From Eledone cirrhosa (lineage: Eukaryota): DNA of 64,000 nt. The DNA lies in the NCBI GenBank assembly GCA_964016885.1, contig OZ024741.1, positions 285,262,001 to 285,326,000 of the forward strand, given 5' to 3'. Positions within the stretch are counted from its first letter, which is position 1; every line of letters starts with the position of its first letter. Positions 54,347 through 64,000 of this stretch are shown one piece after another. Made by a program: the position numbers and the translations under genes. Below the pieces are notes generated by a model, which saw nothing but the letters and a program-made list of their open reading frames with translations, had not been told where the DNA came from and searched no databases.

Positions 54347-56389
54347 TTGTGGCAAAAAAATTTCAATCGTCTAACAGAAATGTTAAACGCAGCGAACGAA
54401 AATAGTGGTGGGGGGACAGCGGTAAGAGTTGTAAGCTCGCACGCTTTAGTCCCCCCTTCCTTCCCAACTAACGTCATACAGAAGGAAGGAAAAATTAAAA
54501 TAAAAACAGACGAATCTGCGGAGAAAAAAAATGACGAAAACACAAATCTGGACATGGATTCCAACAACGAAAAAAAAAAACTTTGAAAAATTGCATGACA
54601 ATACTAATAACACAAACAAAGACACAACAAACACAAAAATAACATTTGAAAATAACACCATAACAGAAAGCAAAGCAGACGACAAGATTTCATTTGCACA
54701 GACAACAAAGAAATCTTTGACTTATATACCCGAAAATATTTCAGATGTGGCACGAAGAATCACAGACGCCAAACAATACATAAGTGAAGGAGAGAATGGT
54801 ATTTTATCGTAAAAATGCCTCAAGAATTCACCAAAGACATTGAAAGCCGAACGGTCAAGTTCCGCACCATCAACAACATTACAAAAAAACCTGAACAGCC
54901 TTCTCAAGCAGATATCAAAACAGTACTCACAGAAGTACTTAATGAAACCACTTTCATAAGAAAAGACAGACTGTATGGAAGCCTAGCAATTATCATGAAG
55001 AACGAATCGGCGGCAAAAAAATGTGCTTTGTCACCGATTCGTTCGAAAAATTTTACCTTTTATCCATCTTATATGGGGAAAAGAACTCAACGCATATGGC
55101 TGGATGCAATGATGCCAGATGTGGACTACTGCTGGCTCATTGCTGGCTTCATCGATCCAGTGAATGACAACGTGATTTCCATTGGGAAAACCACAGGCAA
55201 TGCGTTCAGTGGAACAGGTATAGAGCTGGTAGTGCAAATGAAGCCTGAACGCATCGCCCAAATACCCGACAGAATCCTATTAGAGGGCCACGGGTATATA
55301 AACATTAGCGTGGAGGGGAGAAGGCTGTCCTGCCATATCTGTGCAGGCAGAGGGCACCTGAAGGCCGCTTGTCCCCAACTCAACAAAAAGAAAACCCTGC
55401 TACCAACACCAGCTCCACCACCACAACAACAGATAAACAAACAACAAAACTCAGTCCCACCCAACCCGTCCCTCAGTAAAACCACACCACCACCACAACA
55501 CAAACAGTCACAACACATTACCCCAAAACAAAATACAGGCCCACCCAACCTCTCACTCAATAAAACAACACAACCACCACAGACACAACACACAACACAG
55601 TCTAACATAGTGACATCCATCTCCCCCACAAAGAAAACCAACACGGAAACATTACCAGCAAACATACCTCTTCCCTCCAACACTGAAGATAACCCAACAC
55701 ATTCGGAGGAAGAAACGGAGTCCTTCAGACAGAATAAAAGGAAAAAAAGAAAACATGTGCAAAACACACAAGGCCAAACAACCCCCACCAAAATCTCAAC
55801 ACAATCCAACAAAACAGAAAACACCCCTCCAGCAACAAACAAAACCAAACCTGCCCCTCCCCTCTTCGAAACGCTCACACCATCCGAAAAAAAGACATTA
55901 CACTATACTTACATCAACAGAAACAATAATAAATTAAATGAACTCATAAACAATAATCCTTCGGTACAAACCGAAGGTGTAAACTTTGTTTCTTCAGAAA
56001 ACTACCCACATTTAAAATTAATAAAGATCCCAATGAACCTCTACCAAAAACTAAAAAAGGATTTTAAGGAGGACGTAGGACCACCCTCTGTCAAACCCAT
56101 AAACCGCGTCCTACTAAAAAGCTTTCCCCCTCCCCTTCCCCTCCCCTGCCCCTCCCCAACACAACTCCAAACACCCCAACCCCACCACACACTGACGACC
56201 CCACACCACCACAAGACACCCCTTCACCCAACACCCCCGACCCCATGGAAGTCGTGCAACCCGAACCCCGGGAAGGTAGGTCTCTACACTCTCCTTTGGC
56301 TCGGCCGCCCACATGGATGTGTTAAGAGTAGGATGTTTGAATGCACGTGGCCTGGGCTCAACTTGGAAGCAAGCAAAGCTTCTAAATGA
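54347..56389 (+). pseudogene. LINE ORF1 (CCHC knuckle) broken by at least two frameshifts (about 54580 and 54808)
   Basis: Consecutive ORFs 54347-54586, 54531-54812 and 54815-56389; SVEGRRLSCHICAGRGHLKAAC aligns with element-1 SVEGKRPKCFRCGSKTHLRAFC. Confidence 0.8.
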
Positions 56390-59300
56390 CCTCAGGTCAT
56401 GTAGTATAAATGTAATGGTTATCTGTGAGACTCGAATCAGCGTCGTGCGGCAGCTGGCCCCCACCTTCGATGACTTTGAGGTGCATGCATCTCTCTGTCA
56501 ACCTGGAGGTGGGGGTGGGGTTGTCATACTGCTGCAAAAACACCTGGGTCTTGCCGTACAGGTTGTGCACTCGGACCCGGAGGGTCGTTTGTTGGTGCTA
56601 GACGTTGGCAGTAGTGAAAGTGCGGCCTTGAGACTGGTCGCCGTCTACTCCCCTTTCGGAGCTGAACGGCCCGACTTCTTCCAGCGTTTGGAGACTTTTC
56701 TGGGAACGTCGCGTTCCCTGCTTCTAGCGGGGGATTGGAATGACATCCTAGATGCACGTTGGGACTATGCAGGAGCATGTCCTAATAGAGGCGGGTGTAA
56801 CAGCCTCAAGGGGTTACTCGACCGTTTTAACTTGGTCGATAGATATCGACTAGATTTTCCAACTGTGCCTACCTGGACTTGGAGAAACCACAGTGGTCAA
56901 TCTAGATCGTACTTAGATAGATTCTTAGTTAGAAGTAAGGATAGGGACATATTAAGCTGTCCAGAAATGCGCACGGTTGGCTACACGGATCACAAATTAG
57001 TGACCTGCGTAGTCAATATCGAGAAAACACATAAACAGGGTCCCGGATACTGGAAACTTAATTTGTCTTTACCGGCAAAAGAGACTTACAGAAACCGGAT
57101 TAGCAGATTAGTTAAGGAGAGGTTGACGGGTGCAATCGTCAACAACCGATGGTGGGCATCTCTCAAAAGAGAGATTAGAACAGAATCAATAAGTTATAGC
57201 AAGATGTTAGCTGCCGATAGGAATAGAAACGAGAAAGAATTAACAGGTAAATTAGAAGAGGCAATCAAGAGCGAAGATGTGGCCAGAGTGCTGGCATCGA
57301 GGACGGCCTTGAACCAGTTTTTCGATGCAAAGCACGAAGGCTGCGTCATTCGAAGTAAAATACGTGCTCTAGGTAATGAGGGGGCCAAAGCCGTTGGCTG
57401 GGCCCGCGTGACAGAAGCTAAGAGTGGAAATCGATCCACCATCCGGTCGTTGCAAGACGAAGATGGACGGGTGATCCGGGAGCCTAAGCAGATGTGCGAG
57501 GCCTTTCAAAGGCACTTTGCCCGATTGTTCGGGGGAGGCAAGGGTCTGAGCGGGGGCGTGGATTTCGGTCCATACCTCGACGGCCTGCCGCGTCTCTCGA
57601 GCGAAGAGGCAGAGTCCTGCGAGGGACCAATCTCGGCTGATGAGATCGGAGATGCGCTGAGCCAATGCAGCAGACGCAAATCTCCAGGTCTCGATGGTAT
57701 ACCTTACGAACTTTATTTAGCAATGCCGGTCTTCTTCTCCGAACTCCTCGAAGCGGTCTACTGCAATTGGCAGCAGAACGGGAGAATTCCTTGTTCTGTA
57801 GCCAAGGGCGTAGTCACGCTGGTGAGGAAGGACGAGAACAAGGGAGATAGTATAAATAATTATCGGCCCATAACCCTGCTAAACACAGAGTTAAAGATTT
57901 TGGCCAAGGTGTTAGCAAAGAGGTTGGCGCTTGTCGTGGGTGGCCTGGTGGGAGATGCGCAGACATGTGCTATCCCATCCAGGTCCATTCACGATAACCT
58001 CCACCCCATGCGATACATCATAGAGAGGGTTGGCAACAAACCTGGCTTCGGTGGGGCCCTGATCAACTTGGATCAGTCTAAGGCCTTCGATAGGGTCGAC
58101 CATGGTTACCTGGATGCGGTGCTAGCGGCGGCTGGGTTCGGTCCTGTTTTCAGAGGCTGGATCACTGCCTTACATAGCAACCACATCTGTTCTAGGATCA
58201 AGGTGAACGGCTACCTTTCGAAGCTGTTCGAAATCACACGATCCATTCGACAGGGGTGCCCTCTCTCCTCCCTTCTGTACATATTGACTCTCGAGCCTTT
58301 ACTGAGGAAGTTGGAGTTGTTGCAGGGTATCCCCCTGGAACCAGGATTGAGCAAAGCGGTGTCGGCCTACGCCGATGACGTAACAGTAATGGTATCGACC
58401 GACTCGGAGATCGAGGCGATCGGTACCTTACTGGAGGATTACGAAAGGTTGTCAGGAGCGAAACTGAACCGGGAAAAATCCATCGGGCTGCAACTCGGAA
58501 CGTGGAGAGGCAGACCGATGCCTCCTGACGGTGTCGTCGGACACTGGACGGAGGGCCCGGTAAAGTTGCTTGGGGTCTGGTTTGGACCGGACCTCCAGGT
58601 GGAAAAGAACTGGAACGAGTTTACGAACAAGGTGTTTGCACTAACCCAGAAATGGGCCAAGTGTAAGCTGTCCCTAAAAGGCCGAGCGGAGGTGGCGAAC
58701 ATTTACATAGCGTCCGTCACTTACTACCGCCTGACTGTCGTGCCTTGCCCTAAGGAAACACTCACCACCATGGAACGCATGCTCTTCCAATTTCTTTGGA
58801 AGAAGCGCCCTCCTATGGTGAGAAGATCCATCTGCTGCCAACAACCTTCGAAAGGAGGGCTGGGGATGCCGTGGTTGATGATGCGTAGGCACGCATTAAG
58901 GCTACGACACCTACAGGTATTCCTCACTGGTCAACCGGTGTGGGCTCCGTTCGTGAAACGAGCCTTTCCGAGACTCGTCTCGCTCATCGAGCTACAGTCC
59001 TGGGTCAAGCAAAGATCCGGAAAACTGGGAGACTGGCACACTGAGTGTGCTCAGGCGCTCAGGGCTTTCTGGCAAGCGGGCCAGGCCATCGGTGGAGAAT
59101 CCACCTCATCATTCTATAGAGGGCTGGTGGCTAGCAGGGGCGATGAAACCCTTGGAGAGTCGCTGGACATGGAGGAAGACGAACTGGCCAGCCTGTTCGG
59201 TAGGACTTTCGGCCCAGGACCAATGGACAACTTCCAGAAGTCACTGGCCTGGCAGTGTTACCGGGGGGCTCTACCCGTTCGAGAGAGGCTCTACAGACAC

Positions 59301-59750
59301 GGGCGCCCGGGCAGGGATCCCTCAAAAAAGATTTGCCCTAGATGCGTGCGTCACGAAGAAACCGTTGCGCACGCATTGGTGCAATGTCCGGGCGTGGCTG
59401 ATCTGTGGAGCTACGCCGAACGACTGCTGTGGCGGGTGGCGCCGATTCAATTGACCGCCGAGTCCGTGATGACAATCAAACCGCCTCCCCTCTTCACAAA
59501 AGAAGCAAAGGCGGTTTTTCTCTGCGTAATAGCCATGTTGAAAGAGGTTGTTTGGTGGACACGATTGAAAGGTCTGAGGTCAGGCAACTTCCTCTCTGGC
59601 CATAGTCTGGTCTACTTCTTCCGATATCACTTCGGAAGAAGGATAAGAATGGAGAGAGAGGTGCTTGGCCACAGGCAGTTTTATGAAAGGTGGGTGATAG
59701 TGGCGAGAATGGCTCGTGTAAATGGGCCTTCTCTGTATACCATCCTGTAG
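56313..59750 (+). CDS. LINE ORF2: APE endonuclease, RT and CCHC Zn finger (1145 aa, intact)
   Basis: Colinear paralogue of 21982-25401 with the catalytic motifs present (GDWN, YLDR, TDH, QGCPLS, YADD). Confidence 0.97.
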   Translation: MDVLRVGCLNARGLGSTWKQAKLLNDLRSCSINVMVICETRISVVRQLAPTFDDFEVHASLCQPGGGGGVVILLQKHLGLAVQVVHSDPEGRLLVLDVGSSESAALRLVAVYSPFGAERPDFFQRLETFLGTSRSLLLAGDWNDILDARWDYAGACPNRGGCNSLKGLLDRFNLVDRYRLDFPTVPTWTWRNHSGQSRSYLDRFLVRSKDRDILSCPEMRTVGYTDHKLVTCVVNIEKTHKQGPGYWKLNLSLPAKETYRNRISRLVKERLTGAIVNNRWWASLKREIRTESISYSKMLAADRNRNEKELTGKLEEAIKSEDVARVLASRTALNQFFDAKHEGCVIRSKIRALGNEGAKAVGWARVTEAKSGNRSTIRSLQDEDGRVIREPKQMCEAFQRHFARLFGGGKGLSGGVDFGPYLDGLPRLSSEEAESCEGPISADEIGDALSQCSRRKSPGLDGIPYELYLAMPVFFSELLEAVYCNWQQNGRIPCSVAKGVVTLVRKDENKGDSINNYRPITLLNTELKILAKVLAKRLALVVGGLVGDAQTCAIPSRSIHDNLHPMRYIIERVGNKPGFGGALINLDQSKAFDRVDHGYLDAVLAAAGFGPVFRGWITALHSNHICSRIKVNGYLSKLFEITRSIRQGCPLSSLLYILTLEPLLRKLELLQGIPLEPGLSKAVSAYADDVTVMVSTDSEIEAIGTLLEDYERLSGAKLNREKSIGLQLGTWRGRPMPPDGVVGHWTEGPVKLLGVWFGPDLQVEKNWNEFTNKVFALTQKWAKCKLSLKGRAEVANIYIASVTYYRLTVVPCPKETLTTMERMLFQFLWKKRPPMVRRSICCQQPSKGGLGMPWLMMRRHALRLRHLQVFLTGQPVWAPFVKRAFPRLVSLIELQSWVKQRSGKLGDWHTECAQALRAFWQAGQAIGGESTSSFYRGLVASRGDETLGESLDMEEDELASLFGRTFGPGPMDNFQKSLAWQCYRGALPVRERLYRHGRPGRDPSKKICPRCVRHEETVAHALVQCPGVADLWSYAERLLWRVAPIQLTAESVMTIKPPPLFTKEAKAVFLCVIAMLKEVVWWTRLKGLRSGNFLSGHSLVYFFRYHFGRRIRMEREVLGHRQFYERWVIVARMARVNGPSLYTIL

Positions 59751-59978
59751 GTAAAGAAGTAAGGGAGAGGGGAGCACCTTCTCCATGTGCTCCCCGGGCA
59801 AAGGATTGCACTCTTTTTCGGGGGTGTGTGCAACCCCCATCACGTCCCCTCCCTTTTGAGGTTATTTTCGATTATTTTCATGTTACACCCTTTTTACTCG
59901 ATTGTATGTAAACTCCCCCTTTTATTTGTCCCTTCTTTTTATGCCTTTATGGTAAATAAAGAAATATATCTATCTATC

Positions 59979-60063
<85 letters not shown>

Positions 60064-61000
60064 CACACATACATATATATATCAATGATATTAATAAATG
60101 GAAACTATATTTATAAAACCATATTTATTCTATTATATATATTTCAGGGTTACCAAAACGTTGGTACGCTCTCATCAGATAAAATACAAAGTTTGTTTTA
60201 TTAATATTGACATATCCAGGAACGAGATCTTAACAGTTTAAGTTTTACGTGGATAGTATATATCCATATATTATATTTGTTGAATTACCAGCAAATTAAA
60301 TATCCCTTTGCTTATATATATATATATAACCGGCGGACTAGAACGAACACTTGTTGACGAAGTAAATTCCACTGTTCTATCTTCCAAAACCAATAACTTG
60401 CAGGCCCCCCTGCAAGTGGATTTTGTTGATTTCGGATTTACAGAAACCTAGCGGAGATATTGTATGTTATATGTTATATATATTATGTATTATATATTAT
60501 ATGTTATATATATTACCAACGCGACGGTCCAGGTTTGTCATATTTTCCTGGGTTCAGTTTTTTCCGTCGCTTTGGCCACTGCGGCTCACCTATCGGTCGT
60601 TGTCTTCAATTTGCAAAGCTGTCTAAACGTAAGGTAATATACCTTATTGAGTGCTTATTGAGTCGGGAAATCGCACTTACGGACGCATTTACCCAATACC
60701 CAACCCTACACGGAGCCCCTTGCTGGCCTACATTGCGGTTGCTTGCACGCACGGATTTGGTGACTCGGATTCTCAATGGGACAGCGGTACATACTGAGTT
60801 CGATATGAGCTGATGGCTTGCTCTTCACATGGATGTGTATATACCCGGACATACCCTTCTTTGGACGATTCGGATGTGTGTATATACCATAACATACACT
60901 TGAAGATATGGATGTTACAATTCAATCTTTACACGTATAGCAGAACACTGAACTGTACTTACTTGGTTGTGTGTGTGTGTGTGTGTGTGTGTGTCTGTGT

Positions 61001-61097
<97 letters not shown>

Positions 61098-61620
61098 TGT
61101 GTGTGTGTGTGGGGCGTTGGTTAACCCAATATTTCCAATTTACATCGTCAAATTGAGATTTGACCAATATAGCTTCTGTTGTTTTGTGAACTTACTTTCG
61201 GTGGGTGCTGTGTTGGTACATTCTTATATCTGTTTTCTTATATTTGTTTTTTCTCGGACATCGCTTCGGTGTGTGTGAGAGTGTGTGTGTACCCACCCAC
61301 CATAACTCTACAGGTTTAATACTGTGTTGATGTGTGTATATATATGTACATATTTTTCTTTGACCTCGAGCCGATGTATGTAGGTGTGGAATATGTGTGT
61401 ACCCACTCACATTAACTGTGACTGACTGTATCCCTACAGATTTGATTGATGTCCAGCGCCTTTTGCAACAATAGAGATCTGAAAACTTTTATGACCTCAA
61501 CTGAAGCTAATAGCAGTCGCCGTGTCTCTGACTGGTGTGTCTTTATATGAGGGAATGAATTCTGTGAGAGAACATCGTTATTTTTCTCCCTCATATCAAA
61601 AATTTGAAGACAATTCATTT

Positions 61621-61694
61621 TCACCTGATGAGATCAGTGATAATCGATCATGGCTTCACAATCGATCTATCTCTTATTGAAACATGTGTCGTGA
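61621..61694 (+). ncRNA. Type-I hammerhead motif with extended stem II
   Basis: TCAC-CTGATGA-[GATCAGTGATA-ATCGAT..ATCGAT-C-TATCTCTTATT]-GAAAC-ATGT-GTC-GTGA. Confidence 0.75.
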
Positions 61695-61877
61695 TTAAAT
61701 GATTGGAATTTTACCTTGCCTTCGGATTTTCTTTTTGATACTTATACTCCGTTTTAAATCATCTAGCCGTTCCCTTGAATGGAATTGGAGATATACAAAA
61801 GCGTGGAGAACTTAATATTGGTAACATAAAGTTATTGGACTATTTTACACAACCAATAATGCACCTTACTATATAAC

Positions 61878-61965
<88 letters not shown>

Positions 61966-62029
61966 AAAAAGAGATGAAATATATATATTTAAAAAAAAAA
62001 TAAGACTCCAGTTGCATTTTCGATTTCAT

Positions 62030-62705
62030 CATAATGGAAAAATTTGAACAGGAACAAAACAGAGAGGCAGTACAACGAATGTTTATTAATTTCACGCTCT
62101 GGAGAGTGGGGTGGTGGTGGGGAACGACGTTTCGGGCATAAGCCCTTCCTCAGGTGAGAAGTGTGTGGGAACAGAGTTCAAAGGGTGTGTAGGGGAGTGG
62201 TGGAGAGACATATAGCGAAAGGAAACGGTGCGAATGAATTTAATAATAAAAGTAAAAATAAAGCATGATCAAAATACAAGGAATGAAATAAAATAAATAT
62301 AAAAGCATGATCAAAATAAACTGAAATTAAAAAGGGGTAAAACAGGTGGTGGAAGGGTGTGGGGTGTGTAGGGATGGTGGCGGGTGGAGTGGGGAGAGGG
62401 AGACGGGGTGTCCGAGTGGGGAGGGCTGAAGGTGGTGTGTGTGTAGGTGTACGTGTGTGTGTGTATGTGAAAGTAAGGGTTGGGGGAAGAACGGGGTTGC
62501 ATGTTCAGGAAGAGGTGTGTGTGTGTGTGGGGGGGGGGTTGTAGGTCGGGGTGTCTGTGCGTGTGTGGATAGAGGGGTGGGGGAGAGGAAACAGGAGGCT
62601 GAGGGTGTAAATATGTGGTGGAAAGCACGTGTGTGTGTGGGGTTTAAGTGTATTGTGGGTGTAGGTGGCGTGTGGGAGAAAAAAATTTTTGGGGTGTGTG
62701 TGTGC
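62030..62705 (-). mobile_element. Solo pLTR of the Neptune-type PLE, with HHR at 62124-62157
   Basis: Reverse-complement homologue of 20500-21140. Confidence 0.9.
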
Positions 62706-62738
<33 letters not shown>

Positions 62739-62852
62739 TAGATAGATTTTGAGTATATGTTTGTTGTATACCAATACCTAAGTATGCAGGCTGGAACACT
62801 CGACGAGGTGCGCAGGTTGGTTTGGTTACTCCGGAGTAATGTAAAATAAAGT

Positions 62853-63671
62853 AAAATAAATAAGTCAAATGTTTAAAATTTAGCTTCGATTATTACTGCT
62901 ATATATATTTCGGTGACAGCCATCTTTGGCTGTGACCTCTTCAGGCAGTCCGAATTAGTGTGGTATAGACAAGTACATATGTTGTTGAGGTGTATAATTT
63001 TGCCAATACTCTGATATGCCCAGTTCCTGGTTGGGTTGTTATTTCACTGAGGAACTGGAATCATATGAATTCAAACAAACGAATTTCAGTGTCAAAGGGC
63101 CTCTTCTCCTCTCATTGGTCAGTTGTTAGAACATTCCTCATTCAAAAATCTATAGAAATTCGTTCTGAAGCAAGCCAATCTGTAGTTGTTGTTCTTGTTA
63201 TTGTTAGGTACATCTGACCTCAATTCTTGTGTTGGTAGTGTTGTTATTGTTGGAGTTAGCTTAAAAAATTGATAAAGTGGTAGAAGGAACAAGGTGCTAA
63301 AGGAACAAAATAACCTAAAAATGTCAAACTTCCCATTGGTCAGTTTTGAGAGCATTCCTCAGTCAGAAGTCTATAGAAATTCTTTCTGGGGTGCGGCTCC
63401 CTGTAGTGTTTGTGTCTGCTATAGCAATTCGTTTGAAATTCGTTTGTTTGAATTCATATGATTCCAGTTCCTCAGTGAAATAACAACCCAACCAGACACT
63501 GGGCATATCAGAGTATTGACAAAATTATACACCTCAACAACATATGTACTTGTCTATACCACACTAATTCGGACTGCCTGAAGAGGTCACAGCCAAAGAT
63601 GGCTGTCACCGAAATATATATATAGCAGTAATAAACGAAGCTAAATTAAAAACATTTGACTTATTTATTTT
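62853..63671. repeat. ~236-bp inverted repeat (62853-63088 / 63434-63671) with a hammerhead in each arm
   Basis: HHR on + at 63573-63629: ACTGC-CTGAAGA-GGTcACAGCCA-aaga-TGGCTGTcACC-GAAA-TATATATA-TA-GCAGT; mirror copy on - at 62895-62949. Confidence 0.92.
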
Positions 63672-63673
63672 CC

Positions 63674-63735
<62 letters not shown>

Positions 63736-63757
63736 CATACATACATACATACATACA

Positions 63758-63831
<74 letters not shown>

Positions 63832-63835
<4 letters not shown>

Positions 63836-64000
63836 AGGCGTGTGGCTGAGTGGTTAGAGAATTGGATTCACAATCTTGAGGTAGTGAGTTCGATTCCTGG
63901 ACCGTCCGATGCGTTATGTCCTTGAGCAAGACACTTTATTTCCCGTTGCTCCTTCTACCTGGAGTTGCGACCGATAGATAGTAATAGCAATTGGAAAGAC
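63832..64000 (+). mobile_element. tRNA-SINE family B copy, cut by the window end
   Basis: TGGCTGAGTGG A box and AGTTCGATTC B box; near-identical to 29005-29218 (-). Confidence 0.88.

Larger units (their letters stand above)
54149..59966 (+). mobile_element. Full-length Tx1/L1-clade non-LTR retrotransposon (element 2) within (TATC)n
   Basis: (TATC)n at 54049-54148 upstream; AATAAAGAAATA followed by TATC repeats downstream; ORF1 and intact ORF2. Confidence 0.95.

Overview
AT-rich, microsatellite-dense animal DNA. The SINE/LINE repertoire suggests an octopod cephalopod, but that is an inference. The only host gene I can support is a minus-strand alpha7-like nicotinic acetylcholine receptor alpha subunit with three exons: 34227-34033 (loop C, TM1), 6538-6452 (TM2) and 3028-2919 (TM3). 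The rest of the window appears to be its introns. These hold two near-full-length Tx1/L1-clade LINEs with intact ORF2 plus truncated copies, one full-length R4/Dong-clade LINE, CRE, RTE and R4 fragments, Penelope-like elements (PLEs), a deleted mariner, Helitron-like elements and many tRNA-SINEs. The most notable signal is non-coding. About 8 families of minimal type-I hammerhead ribozyme (HHR) motifs occur, including a 428-bp retrozyme-like tandem repeat with a compensatory stem-I swap, a 546-bp near-perfect palindrome with an HHR in each arm, and fold-back elements that turn inside HHR stem II. There is also a candidate double-pseudoknot RNA at the 5' end of the R4 element, and two Tx1 subfamilies are associated with different microsatellites, (ATT)n and (TATC)n. 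Structures were read by eye and no searches were run. Most repeat boundaries are approximate.
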